A DNA stretch of 64,000 bases. It comes from Amphiscolops sp. MND2022. Lineage: Eukaryota. This document shows, in pieces, positions 26,037 to 39,072 of this stretch. A model generated the notes under the pieces. The model searched no databases. It saw only the letters and a program-made list of their open reading frames with translations, and was not told the origin of the DNA. The position numbers and the translations under genes were made by a program. Where the stretch lies: assembly GCA_964187785.1 (NCBI GenBank), contig OZ076412.1, positions 60,512,001 through 60,576,000 on the forward strand, given 5' to 3'. Every line of letters starts with the position of its first letter. Position 1 is the first letter of the stretch.

Positions 26037-26484
26037 TGTAGGACGCCTAAACACAGAACCTATGTCCTCCCGGGTTTCCCCTACCACGTTGATCTTACTC
26101 TGATGATATATGACACTATGCAAGTCATACAATTGTTTTCTATGATCTTACCGTCAATCTGGAATCATATGATTCAGAGGATGGTCAGCCTGATACCATA
26201 AACTTCTATGGTCCAGTCTGGAATCATAAACAGCCCATACAGGATCAATCTGTTATCATAAAATTTTGTTGCTCACGTAACATGCAATTTAGGGAAACAT
26301 TTTCAAATACTGAGAATCGCCAGCTTTATAGACCGGCAATAGAGCCACGTTCAACCTTTTGTATCTTTTAAAGATACATCGCAGGTCTCAACTCCGTAAA
26401 ACTCCTGGCGGAGTCAACGACAAATTATATCCACACAATTTGTTCTCAGCCACTGATTTGTTAATATTTAACTCTTTTGTTACA
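26037..26484. repeat. Solo-LTR-like segment (TGTAGG...GTTACA)
   Basis: TG...CA termini, ~450 bp, noncoding; no matching TSD. Confidence 0.35.
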
Positions 26485-29400
26485 GCAGGACCCACAGATT
26501 CTTTCGAGAACAATTAGCAATACTTCAGCAAAAGCTGTCAAACAACTCCTCCAAACACGTCTTCCAATGCTTCGAGGTGTTGATCACTTTTCCGAGGTGA
26601 TAAAACAAACATGAATTGGGAAACACTCGTCAAACTACACGAAACATCAACATATTATAGATCCAACATGTTGGACATGTTGCAAAACAATGTTGTACGG
26701 TCCTTCTTCCAGTTCTCTTGTCATATAGGGGAGATGGGTGTTGTGGTTATTTGGGTGGGTGAAGGGGTCTTTTTGTTCGGGTTGTTTGGGAGACCTCGGC
26801 AAATGTGAAGTTAACAATGGGTCTAATCTGTTATTTTGAACGACCAGCATAAAGTTTTTACGAACGGAAGCAATGAAAGTTTACAACTGTTCTGTTTGTT
26901 TACAAGAATTATTCACTTCAACAGCCTAATGGCGTAGTGATTAAGTCATCAGGCTATCCGGGATGGGAGCACATAGGTACTTACTGAACATACTAGAGGC
27001 GTTACCTCAACTTTTGACTCGGAACACCCGACCTCGTATCTCCCCTTGGTCCCGCGCAATTATCACCAAAAGTGGAGTAAGTTTGACCCTTTCAAATGTC
27101 AAGTTTGCGATAAAATAGTTATGTGATGTTCTCATATGACCTTGAAGGAAATGTAAAGCTATCGGAACTGGTGATATTTACATTGTGTAATCATACCAAT
27201 TCAGAACACTAAACCAACTTCAAGACCCACCTTATGGTTCATTTACATAGCCTATAACTTCCATATAACACTTAAATGTCATTTATTTATACTTCATATT
27301 TCGACCTATATTTATCGAATAGTTGTAAATGAGATGTATGCCATAAACAGTTAGACACAAATCGACTGGAAAGACGTATTAAAGTTGGGTTTTAGGACCT
27401 CTTCAATTCTCAATTCATTTTTCACCACCTTTCGAACATTTCGATTTTTCGATTTTTTCGCGAAGTTTTGTAGAATATACAATTTACAATATATCACCTG
27501 CATACTGTTTGATGAAAATTCTTGTTTTTGAATTTCGTGGTTTTTTCTGATATTCGTGTGACGCGAAAGCAATGAACTTGACAAAAAGTGTGAAAACTTG
27601 AAAGATTCAGCTGGAAATTTTTATTTCACGTGTGGGAAACATCAAGCTGCATGGAAAGATCAAGTCGCCGACTTTTCTGGTATCGGGATAATCATCCTTT
27701 TTTGGGTTGTTGATGGGCGAAGAAAATGTTTTTAGTCCACTAATGAAGTGGTTCGGTAGTCTACGGTTCTTGGAGCCAGTTATTTCATTGATGTTTGGGT
27801 TCATTGTAATTGTTTTCGTACGGTAACACTTTGATTTCTCAAGTTGCCACTCACTTTTTTCATCTTCATTGACAACGATTTCAAAACTCGTTTCTCGACG
27901 GGTCCTCTACTGGTCGCAAATACCTGAGAAGCGTTCAGATACGTTCTTCTTCTCATTATTCTCTGGAATTTTTCTGTTTAGTAGAGTGCTGTAAACTTGA
28001 GCCTTCTTGTTCATTTCTTATCCTTTGAAATGACCACTTTTTAGAATTCTTTCTTATATAGTTATCCTTGGGTATTAGAGAAAATTGCCTCGATGTAAAT
28101 ATTTGAAAAGTAAAAATAAACTATGGGATGACTGAACTGTTGGAGTAGTTTGATTCCTTTGGCTAAACAGAGCGCGGTTTTCGGCCTTAGGTGTTTTGTT
28201 ATTGCACAATGTTTTTAATTGTCTTTCAGAATGATATATTCTCTGATTTCCACAAGGAATTTGCTGTTCACTGTATTGAGAGCATATTCACACAAAAATA
28301 AAACATTCAAACATTCACACTGGCAGGGAACTTCCTGGTATTTGCTGATTTGAGTAACAGAATCCTTCTAAATAAATAACTACAGGGTAGTGACTTAGAA
28401 TTGCAAACTCTCAAAAACGCCTGTGAAGGGTTTTTACTTATGTCTACAGCGATGTGAAACACTTTGACTGTTGCACGTGAAACTTTTGCGTGCAACCACG
28501 ACTTCTTCCGGCATTTTGCTGTGACTCCAATTCATCCAATGATTTCCATATTGAGTACAGTTATCACTGTCACATGTTGCTGTAGAAAAAATGTGTCGTT
28601 TATGTATTAACCTTTCTTCAAGATTAAGTTAACCCAATTTCAATGAGCTGCCATCACTTGCAATATCATGGTGTGGCAATTATGGATCCAAAAATTGCGA
28701 AACTGTTTGCCGAAATCAACGATATTGTTTTCATTGTTGTTTTTGGTTGTGACGTTTTTTTGTGAGACCACCGACTTCTTACATACTTTACGCCCAAGTC
28801 CAAGCGGTACCGAAGGAAATCAAATAGACTGAATGGTGCTATTTTGAGTTTTTCATACTATTTACTGTATCCTCGCTGCTACTTTTGCGAGATATTGCTA
28901 CTTTCGCTGCAACTTTTACTGAGACAAAAGGGTTTTTGCGGCATTGTGTGACGTTCATTCTAACTTATATTTCTTCGAATGGTTCATTCTGACATTTTTT
29001 CATGTGATTAGTTAGGGCAATACGTTTTAAGAGTGTAAAATGCCCCTTTTAGAATTTTTCGTACTGAGTTTGTTTCGTAAAAACTCTCGTCTATTTGGTT
29101 TTTCTTTTTATGTTTTCAGTTATAGCAGCACGTTTTCTGAGCTTGAAAGAATTTCTTTAGTTGTTTTTTTGGTACTCCTATATTAGAGAGATTTCACTCA
29201 GTAACACCCTGAGTTTATTTCAAAAATTTTACACTTCTTGAACATCAAGCAAGGCGCCAATTTGAGACATTCTCGTCTTGAAAACTTGAAAACTTGAAAG
29301 CCCCCACTAATTCCATTTATTGGGTTAGTGTATAACGGAACTCTACAATCAGCATAGGGAGTTTGTTACTGACAAACTTATATCGTGAAATAAAGACTAT

Positions 29401-32400
29401 CTAAATGCAAAATCTAGTATCATGCTTTTTTCCAAACATAATGTACCTCTAAGTTTTTTTGGAAATGATTGTTATGACGTTTTCTAGAAATTGACGAGAA
29501 CCAATTGAAAATCATTTAGCTTCCTCAGTACGAATAATTTTGATCTTTTTGACTGTACTGTATTTGAAAGATTATGAAAAATGTTCGTCACAGTTTTTCC
29601 TGTTTGGTTGTTTTCAAAAGGGGTTCATTGTTAAAACGAACTGTAGCATGACTCGCCATTCGTGGCTGGAACTTTTGTTCAGTATCTCTATACTTTACAC
29701 AAGCTCTACTTCCCATTTCAACCCGCAACTTAGAGATACTGGAAACGCTTTAACTATAAAATGTTTTCTGTGGTTTCCTATCTTTTCAGTCTTCAATTTC
29801 ACTGTTATTTTTTCATCTTTTACACGTCACAGAGGCACGGTATTTTCATCTGAGCTCCATTGACCATTTTTGGGCCAAGAACTGTCAATGGCACCCACCA
29901 GACGAACTGGCACCCAAAGAAAAAATTTCTAAAATCCCAATGCTTTTTTGCTGGCGGGCTAAAATAATTAACAAGATTGTCAAAAGAAATTTCTATGCGA
30001 AGAATTACCAATTATGAATTTCTATGTGCATCTTTATACGTTCGGAAACAATTGTTTGAAAAGACATCCTGGGTGCTAAATGCTTTTCCTGAAGCAGAAT
30101 TCACAAAGGAATTGAAAGGGGTATTTTTAACTGGTTTTAAACAACTTTTACACTCGCTCCACGACAATATGAAATCCATAACGAAGTTGAACAGCTTGAA
30201 CAAAAACATGGATCTTCCGACGAGAGACTGAAGAAGAAACAATTAAAACTAGTCACTACAGTATCTCGAAAAACACAAAATTTTTGTCCTCTAAATTTAT
30301 TTGACAAGATAAAAACTGACATGTCATTTTTGATCGACAACCGCACTTAGATCTAAAATAATTATCTTGATTGACATTTGAATCTACACACTGTTGATAA
30401 AGATTGGATAACCGGGCTAAAGTTGATGTACTCATTACATTATAGCCGCCATTGATGTGTTCAGTGAACCGTTGCAAACTCAAAAGTCTATCCGTGTTTC
30501 TGTTGATGATTGAAACGCATACATCTTTAGTATTGTATTTCGACCGAGGTAATTCAAAATCAATTATTATTTTAAAACATCGTTTCGCACCGATCCGGCA
30601 GGCATAGGGGAAACAAACTGAAAAAAAGCAGAAACAGCGATCAATAATGCTGGGAGAATAAGAGTCGCTGATTTTCAATTCTGTTGCAGAATACCAAAAC
30701 ACTCAGTGACGTAATTCAGGGACCATCGATGCCAGATCATCACGCCCCTGCAAACTCATTTTTGTACTTTAGGTGAAATTTTTATCTCGATTCGTAGAAA
30801 TCTGCATTAAATATATTATTATGTCAAAACAAAACGTTTTTGATTAAGATACTTGAGCCCCAAACCGACCCCATCCGACAGCTATCGGGTGGACACAATT
30901 CGTGGTGGCCATGGAAATATAGAATTTTAAGGTTTATTTAAATTTTTACAAAAAGTAACTTTTCGGACATGCATTCCGTCATTTTACAGTTCCATTATCT
31001 GTAATTGCAATTTGTTCTTTCTGAAGCAATTTTGACTATGCAGTATTGCTTAAATAGCAGCTCTAGGAAAAGCGTCCTCAATACTATCACAGGTCAACTG
31101 AGTCAGCCTCAAAACAAAATCATAACAACTTGAATATTATGGTTTTTAACAAATTTTAGTATATTTTGACTGAAAAGAAAAACAAAGGTTTCTAACGTCA
31201 GTTTCCATCCATGTTCCCAAGAAAACTTTCATTGTAAATTTTTTTGGCAAAAAAAATAGGAAAGGAAGTCAACAAAAATCAACATTTCATCAGTAATAAG
31301 GCTGCTGAAACAGGCTCAAAGAAAGCTGGAAATATGATTATATCAAAAATTTCCGGATTTTAAGAGGTTTCCCTTGTAACTTTCCGATAGTGGGTCTGGA
31401 CATTTGAGAGCATATTTCTCCGTCTCTGGAACCGACAGGAGTGATAAATTACAAGTTTTGGAAAGCACTTGAAATGACCTTTCATTTGGTACATTCCCAT
31501 TTCTCAGTCTTGAACAGGTGAGGAATTATTAGGATTCTTGTCAGAAAGATCTTAATAAGCATCTTGCAATGGGATCCATGGTTGCCAAGATGCTAGTAAG
31601 AGGGTCAACTCGGGATGCATAAAAAGGCACCGTGACACCTGATTTGAAATTCTAGCATCGTTTCGAAAACATTCGCAACGAATTCGTGGCACTTCAGGGA
31701 TGTTTTTGGGACAAGATCAATCGAGTTAAAACTTCATTGTCGGGTAGCGAAATTGTAAAAGAATTATTTACGATTCTTATGATTCGGGCACTTTTTCAAA
31801 ACAACAAAAATTGGCAACAAAGAAATGTTAAAAAAGAAAGAAATTCCCCTCATATCGTTGAAAAGTAGAAGAAAGACCGTTTGGAGCGAGATATTTGCAA
31901 AGCGAAAAAAAATGACAAGAAACGGGCTGCGAATCCCGGGCAGATAAGTATTGTCATTACCCTAGTTGAAGCTGCAGGAACTTTTTACATGCATGCAGGG
32001 TAATTTTTTTATAAAACCTAGAAAATTCAGTGAACTTCGGTTGGTAAATCATGTACAATTACACTGCATTTTCCACTATTGTAATTAAATTTGAAAATAA
32101 ATTACACTAGATTACCGACACGATCACTTCGTATTCACACTTTGTTTTCTCAACTACTCATCTGATGTAATCACCGCTTTTCAAATAGCACGCTAGACAT
32201 GACGCTAACTTGCAGTTTATTATGCGACTGAAGTTATTTTGCATTGTTTAGCGGTCAAATTGATAGCGCTTTATTTGCTTTCAAAATTATAACTGCTGCT
32301 TAATGAAACCTGCAAAACTTCAAGGCTTAAAATTGCCGCCAAAATTTGATGAATCTTTCAAGCAGCTTGATAAAAGTTAAATACAACAGGGACAAATTTT

Positions 32401-32864
32401 CGCATGAAAAATTCCGTAAGAGTTTTAGAAAATCAATAAAAGTTGCTGGCAACATTAAAGTACATGCAAAAAGTTCAAGCAATTTCAACAAGGGTAGATC
32501 ACAAAGACTTGTGGGGAAGTGGTTGTCTTCAAGAGGGCAGAGGCCTTAAGAACTGATTAGGCTTATCCTCTGTCTTGTTTGAACTTTAGATTGAGGAAAA
32601 AACACGACGGAATGCCACTATAACAGCCACATTTTATTTCAAAAAGCGCCGAATTGACAAACACGTACTTGGCAAGTAACACATTGGTTCCAAACTTAAA
32701 CGTAATCCTTTGGTTGAGCTATCATTTAGTTCATAAAATGTTTCCACATACGGAAATTGAATGCAAGAAAAAAAACATTTTATAGTCATGGTATGACTGA
32801 AAATTTTCCGTATATCGTCATTATAGGGACTAAGTTTTTCATATTTAGACATATTTTTGGACAT

Positions 32865-34302
32865 TGTGTGAACTTAATGTTTTCCATAGACGATTACAGC
32901 GGAACTGACTTTTTTCTACGAATCGGTTGAAGAGTTACGATATTCTGCGATAAGTTGGAGATGAAACCGGAGATCACTCTATCTGGTTCTCCGGTGCCGA
33001 AAACGAATAGTTCAAGATCCTCACAAACGCAAACAATACAGATGTTATCAAACTGTTAAGCTCGTTTTCACCTTAGCATCAGCTGTTTTCTGCACACAAG
33101 TAGGCGGGAAATCCATCATGCTTTCACACTTCATTCAGCCCGGTGTCCTTCCGAGGCGAGGAAACCGGAAGTTCAGTTCTGCTTCGTCGAACTCAGACTC
33201 TCAGTTTGGTCATACTTCCCAGGGAAAGCACGCGTCCACTTCCTGTCTGAGTTGCGACTCCGCTTCCCTTCGCTCCTATCTACCGCCTCTTCAGGACGCC
33301 GAAGCTGAATTCAGCGGCCAAATGTACAGATGATTCAATATTTCACGCCCAAAGGACGGAAAAATAGGAATAAGACATCAACAACCATTCTAAGTAGAAA
33401 TGAAAATATCCAAATTAGTTTAATTAGTTCAAAAGTACTGCTCAACATTTTGGTTAAATCAACAAAGCTGCAAATTGATTTGTAAATTCGCCTATTGGAG
33501 GCGTTAAGACGTTGATCATTTTCAAATAAAGAACCTCGGTCTCAGGCTGTGTTCTGGGACTTTTAGGGAAAAATGCATGCTTTTATACTAAAGGATAAAA
33601 TAGCAACAATTGAAATTTTACATGAGACAAATAATTTTAATGCACTGTTTAAGACACAGAATAATCCAATAGAATGGAAATTGGCTCAAAAGGTAATATA
33701 TGTCACCAATCAGTTACTAATTTATACGGATCAGGAAATTTATTCTCAGGCCGAGGTCTGGGCCGTCGCTTGGTGTGCTTGGAAAATTAAACATAGTTAC
33801 ATGAACAAAACTGCTACAAATTACATGCAATTAACGATTATCGTTTAAAATAATGAGTGTTAGTTCGTGGTTTCATGGGGAAAATAGAAAATCATTGTTA
33901 GCATCATCATCTTTCATATATAATGGATTTCTATGCATTTTAATCCCAGGCCACTCGCCAGGCCGGCGCTTCGCTGCTCAAATCTCAGGCCGGCTGCCAG
34001 GCCGCAGTTCCGCAATTAATACTTCAGGCCGCTTGCTAAGCGGTGTGGTTTGAATATTATTAGTTACATAGCACTGTATTAAAATTAATAACTGCACTAC
34101 AGCTTCATAATATAAATACATATATAAATATAATTTTAACTCCGAAATAATTTTAAAATAATAAATATATATTAGCACTAATTTAGTTGTATATTAGTTA
34201 TTCCACTTGCTTTTCCCTTTCTCTCATTCTAATCCCAACTTCCTTCTCCGTAGACCGCGCTCGCTATGTGGCAGATCTCACAGCTTAGCTGGGGCTGTGA
34301 CA
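32865..34302 (-). repeat. Gypsy-2 3' LTR
   Basis: 33107-34302 is a direct repeat of 60151-61346 with a shared sharp end ctgtgaca (TGTCACAG on -); left end 32865 is a guess. Confidence 0.85.
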
Positions 34303-35600
34303 GTCCTCGGCTTCGTTGCGCTGTCTCATCTGGGAGAAGGAATTTGGAGGTTGACCGGATTGGAGTCACGCATTGAGTCGTAAGATCTCCATGAGGAATC
34401 TGTGTCCCAATCGCTACCTGAACAGTATCCGTCTGAGCTGAATGTCAGTTGATTTGGAATATAACTGACTAATGCGCGTCCTGAAGTCTGTTCACACCAT
34501 TTGTGTTGAGCTTGTTGAATTGTTCAGCTGGCAGACCGAACAACTCTCTTTATATAGTAGATAACTTTTGATATTAATATTTCCATCGTTTTACGCCACA
34601 TCTTCTTTGTGTTATTGTTTGTAGTATTTTCAGAAAGTTTTTTGAAACATGAGTTCTACTGAAGAGGACAACGCCGTTCAAGCATCAAGGTCAAGGAGCT
34701 GGGATAATGGAGAGGGAATTTGAAACTGAGTCTGTTATCGAGTATGTCGTTCGGGAGGAAAAGGAGGTTACTGGAAGTGGTGAGAAGGATGATACTGAGG
34801 AGACTGGAGCCAGTGCTGTTGTTTCAAAGGTGTGTGGTTTCGGCGATAAAAATGTCGACGATGATGCGGACAGTGAGGATGCTGAGTGTCAAGCTGAGAC
34901 TGGATCTTTTGCATTCTGGGACTAGCGATGACCAGCATGATCTTGACTATCTTGCCAACAAGAAAGGTCATCTTTTCCAGAAATTGATAGGTGGCCAGCT
35001 TTTCCTAGGTTGTTCGAACGCGTTCTTTGAACTCTACTTTTTTTAGTGACTGATGATGAGCTTGATCTCTACTATTGTCATTCTTCCAGTACCCGGTCAC
35101 AGGGTAAGGAAAAAACGTCGTGACAGTCGTGTGCCTTCTGTTGGGAGCGTGGGGACTGCCAGACGAGTGAAGCTGTCTGACGTCATTTCTGGGACTGTTC
35201 AGCGCCTCCACCGCTATGCGACAGTTCTGGGGACGACTATGAGCCTCCCACCATTTCTGCATCCAGAACACTTGAAAGTAGGTATCCCATCTTCTTTCTT
35301 GTTATTGGCAACAAAATGTTTATGGATGTATGTTTTTTGTGGTTATTCAATATCCCCTCTTCACGTACTTAGTAATTGTTGTGTTGTAGTCGTTGATCCT
35401 GGGTCACGGGCTGTGTTGGCTTCATCAGAGGAAAGTGATGTCTTCGTTTGTGAACAGTCTCGGGAAACTCCTGCTCTCGTGAGTGAAACTGCCTCGGTTT
35501 TACCGGATGCTGAGATGCGACATGAGAGGACTCAGCATAGTGGTGTTGCAGTTGGTCTGGAGCCATCCATCATCCGCAATGAGTGGGAAAAAGGTATAGT

Positions 35601-35787
35601 AGTAGTGAGTAAAGGGGGGGGGTTTAGGTAGATTTTGAATCCTTTGCAACTTTTGCTAACATGAAAAGTTGGTAGCTAGAATTATCAGCTGAGAGTGACA
35701 GCTATATGACAACCGAGTACACAATGGACTAACCAAGTTTAACGTTGACAGTGGTTGACATTTGGCACACAGAAAGTATCTATATTA
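35601..35787 (+). repeat. Polinton left TIR
   Basis: Reverse complement of 49344-49530, roughly 90% identical by eye. Confidence 0.95.
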
Positions 35788-36145
35788 GATCTTTTATTAT
35801 TATAACCTTGAACTGAAATCAAAACGAAGGTGAATGTGAAACTTACCATATAAGGTGTCAGAAGCGATACCCAGTAATATAAAGAGGAGCTGTAAATTTA
35901 ACCAATTTGCCGAAATTTGACCATTTTGCCAAATTGACTGTTGCTGAAAGTTCCTAGCACAGAATTTGGATTACCTCAGAAAAATACCGGTTAGCGACAA
36001 CCAAAACACGCTGTTACACTGTGCTAGGAACAGCTTCGGTTTTGGACGGAAAACTCCATTTTAAAGGAAAAGTTACATAACCGAGATAAGATATCCGAAC
36101 CATTTTCCTTCCAAATTGAACGCCATTTGGTTCTTCAGCTCCATC

Positions 36146-37021
36146 ATGTCAAGTGTCTTACGCGAAATTCCTCCTCATTTCTATTACTTGGTTTTCTTCA
36201 CTGAAGAAGAAAGGTTGGCTAGTAATCATCAGGAATCGCCACCCTATAAAAAATGCAAACCTGCAGATGAGCTTCAAAACAGATTTCCAGAAAATCTTTG
36301 CCGATTTATTAGGAAACTCCTGAAAAACACTCACTGCGAGTACAGCATCAGACGCCATGGAGTAGCTGAGCAAACGGAAGCAGATCTTTGTTCAACTATC
36401 CAGGGAGAGCATTTCCATATTCTCCTATACATCAAGTCATTCGTGGGCGCAGAGAAGTTCATTAAAGAAACATTGTGTGCCCAATATCTGGGCAACCAGA
36501 AGACATTGAAAGTGACGAATAGTCAAGTAAAGTTATTCAAAATTTCCTACCCAGAGAATTGTCTCCTAACTGAGGCCCGTCTTAGCGGAAACAATTTATT
36601 CATTCACGGGAAGAAACTGGAAAAAATTTTGAATTCGAAACCAACCCCTGATTTGGGATGCAATTTCAACTTGATTTGGGAGCTGCAACGGAGCTGCTAC
36701 ACTCCATTCAATGATAGAGAAGACTCTGAAAAACTTTTTTTTCTAAGCCAAAGATTAGTTGAGCTGCAGAGGTCTCAAACGGTATTCAAAGACAGTGTGC
36801 TGGACTTTCTAGAGCTGCTTGAGCGAGGCTTTGGGACAATCCACGCTTCGCATCACAACAATGTTCTGTCAGTGGATTTGGGATTTTCAGATGCTCAATG
36901 CCAATGCATTGAATGTGTTGAAGGTCAAAACTCGGAAACTGATAATGTCGAGGAAAAAGTGAACATAAACTACACCACTGATTTGTTCACATTCATTGAT
37001 GAGAATGCACAATTTCCCTAA
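36146..37021 (+). CDS. Polinton ORF with HUH-like motif (GEHFHILL) and C-terminal CQCIEC
   Basis: Intact ORF (track 36116..37021); function inferred from motif only. Confidence 0.55.
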   Translation: MSSVLREIPPHFYYLVFFTEEERLASNHQESPPYKKCKPADELQNRFPENLCRFIRKLLKNTHCEYSIRRHGVAEQTEADLCSTIQGEHFHILLYIKSFVGAEKFIKETLCAQYLGNQKTLKVTNSQVKLFKISYPENCLLTEARLSGNNLFIHGKKLEKILNSKPTPDLGCNFNLIWELQRSCYTPFNDREDSEKLFFLSQRLVELQRSQTVFKDSVLDFLELLERGFGTIHASHHNNVLSVDLGFSDAQCQCIECVEGQNSETDNVEEKVNINYTTDLFTFIDENAQFP

Positions 37022-37086
37022 ATCATTTATCAAAAATTTCTGTTGAGAAACAGTTGCTTTAATTTGGACGAAATAAATCTTTCAAA

Positions 37087-37503
37087 ATGCAAATTATTTT
37101 TTCCGCTAGTGATTTGCAAACTGCTTTGGGCAAAGTTAGTTACCTTTTTCCAAGAAATACACTGAGAAAAAACGCATTCCTGGCAGTTTGCTACTGTATT
37201 GATAAAGATGTCAATTTGTGGGACATTAATGACATGGCAGAATTTGGCGGTCTAATAGGTCCCGGAAATAGTATATTGGACAAATATTTCAAACATTTCA
37301 AAATCTTCCGACTTCATGCAATATTTCACGATGCGTTCGGTTTCATGAAAAGCAATTTCGATCTGGGTCCGGGTTATGTATATGCATTATCTCATAAACC
37401 AATTTTCACGAACAATATGTTACTCGGACACTTTACAGGATTAGCTTATTGGCTGCATATGAAGATATACAGGACTACGGAATACGAGAAGTTTTTGCTT
37501 TGA
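37087..37503 (+). CDS. Parvovirus-type phospholipase A2-like protein
   Basis: IGPGNSILD (Ca-loop-like) and HAIFHD (catalytic HD). Confidence 0.65.
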   Translation: MQIIFSASDLQTALGKVSYLFPRNTLRKNAFLAVCYCIDKDVNLWDINDMAEFGGLIGPGNSILDKYFKHFKIFRLHAIFHDAFGFMKSNFDLGPGYVYALSHKPIFTNNMLLGHFTGLAYWLHMKIYRTTEYEKFLL

Positions 37504-37530
37504 CGTTCATTACCGATCCAGCTTGCTCAG

Positions 37531-37782
37531 ATGTCAGTCGTGCGCTCTTACGTTGAAACTTCAATTTCACTTCCCATCTCTCCCACTACCAATTTTTCAG
37601 CTCGCTTGAATCCAAAAACGCTTCTTGTTTGCATAGAGCAGTCGAACATTCCGAGTACAAAAAGTCGGCAGACTTTGAATCGGATTCATTTAAATTTGAC
37701 CGACTTGCAAAGGCTGTACCAAGTTATCAACTTTGTTTTAAACATTAGTCCCTATCATATAAACTTTTTCCAAGAACAATGA
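37531..37782 (+). CDS. Small hypothetical Polinton protein (83 aa)
   Basis: Intact ORF whose TGA overlaps the next ATG (ATGA). Confidence 0.5.
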   Translation: MSVVRSYVETSISLPISPTTNFSARLNPKTLLVCIEQSNIPSTKSRQTLNRIHLNLTDLQRLYQVINFVLNISPYHINFFQEQ

Positions 37783-38072
37783 CAAAAGCAACCAGCGAAG
37801 GGGATTTTGCTGATGCACTGGATGTTGGAGCCGTTATTTTTGACGACCAAAACCGGGAAAGATCGCCATTCGAATTGAATTGTTGCTGTTTCAGAAAAAG
37901 TACTTGCAACAGAACACTTTTCATTCTTCTTTTTCACTACTCAATAATTTTTGCAGTTGTTCTATTCAGTATTGGGTACTTAGCGCTCAGCTCTCAAACT
38001 CATTATCATTCCGGCGTTTTAGCATTACTGTCAGCTTGTATTGGATACATCATTCCGAGTCCAAGAGCATGA
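37779..38072 (+). CDS. Small two-TM membrane protein upstream of packaging ATPase
   Basis: CCC..C then two hydrophobic helices ending IGYIIPSP; ATGA overlaps at both ends. Confidence 0.7.
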   Translation: MTKATSEGDFADALDVGAVIFDDQNRERSPFELNCCCFRKSTCNRTLFILLFHYSIIFAVVLFSIGYLALSSQTHYHSGVLALLSACIGYIIPSPRA

Positions 38073-38768
38073 ATAAGAGAATTAATACAAGTCCTCACTG
38101 TTTCATTTCAATTGTTGGCCCTGGAGGTTGCGGGAAAACTCAACTCGTGTCGCAAATGTTGCAGAATCAGCGGAAAATTTTCAAGCCATCCTTCGATAAA
38201 ATCCTATATTTTTACAACCACTTCCAAGATCATTATCAATCTTTATTGCTTGGGGCATCCGATGACAGAACATCAATTGAATTCCATCAAGGTCTCCAAT
38301 GGTCTGCCGTCGACAAGTGTGAGGCGCAAAAGATGAGAACGTTGGTTGTAATCGATGATTTGTATCAAGATGCATGTGAAGACAAAGCATTTTTGAGCTG
38401 TTGTCGCAAGACGCCATCGCAATATTCACTTGATGATACTAAAGCACAACCTCTATCAACCAGCAAAAAATTCAAAAACTATAGACTTGAACGTTACGCA
38501 AATGATACTCTTCAAGAGCCCTCGCGATATTGAACAAATTGGCGTGTTGGGAAGACAAATGGGCGATCGACAGCTTTTATTGGAGGCATATAAAAGAGCT
38601 ACACTAAGGCCTTTCGGTCATTTGTTGATTGACTTGGATTCACAGGTGGACCCCAAACTCAAATATTCTACAGACTGCTCAGGCAACAAACCTTCTGTGT
38701 TTTACATTTCTACGACTAAAACAACTGAAACTGTAGAAAATGAGTCGACGAAACTTTTATATGCTTGA
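38069..38768 (+). pseudogene. A32-like (FtsK/HerA) packaging ATPase, one frameshift ~38395
   Basis: Walker A GPGGCGKT, Walker B LVVIDD, RHRNIHLMILKHNL, PFGHLLIDL. Confidence 0.92.
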
Positions 38769-39072
38769 TTTGTTCATTGATATGAAACCTGTGGTCAAAC
38801 AAACGTTTTTACTTCATTGCTCGAACGAAATAATAAAGTTTTTCTGCAATTGTCTTTTCAATGTGGTTCATGGCCAAATCAAAATGGCATCAAATGTTTC
38901 CCGCAAGAAATTGGAGAAATTTACAAGCCTGATAGACTTTCTTTGTGCAAAGAGTAACAAAATTGTCAAGAAACGTCAGTCGTTGGCATCTAAAAATGGA
39001 TTAAAACTTTTGCATCTGATAGAACGTTCAATTCTTAATCATTTGATGAAACGCCATGATATCGGGCAGTAG
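38761..39072 (+). CDS. Basic Polinton hypothetical protein
   Basis: FCNCLFNVVHGQI..KKLEK..KKRQSL pattern like the ORF typically following the ATPase in Polintons. Confidence 0.6.
   Translation: MLDLFIDMKPVVKQTFLLHCSNEIIKFFCNCLFNVVHGQIKMASNVSRKKLEKFTSLIDFLCAKSNKIVKKRQSLASKNGLKLLHLIERSILNHLMKRHDIGQ

Noticed and set aside
26930-27070. tRNA-derived SINE (A-box-like tggcgtagtgatt)
   Set aside because: No B box, tail or TSD found
27350-32860. Short ORFs and AT-rich fragments as transposases or genes, including a Lys/Ala-rich piece at ~31250
   Set aside because: No motif strong enough to assign
33118-34053. ORFs 33118..33333 and 33853..34053, repeated at 60163 and 60897
   Set aside because: Their duplication only reflects the two LTRs; no protein motifs
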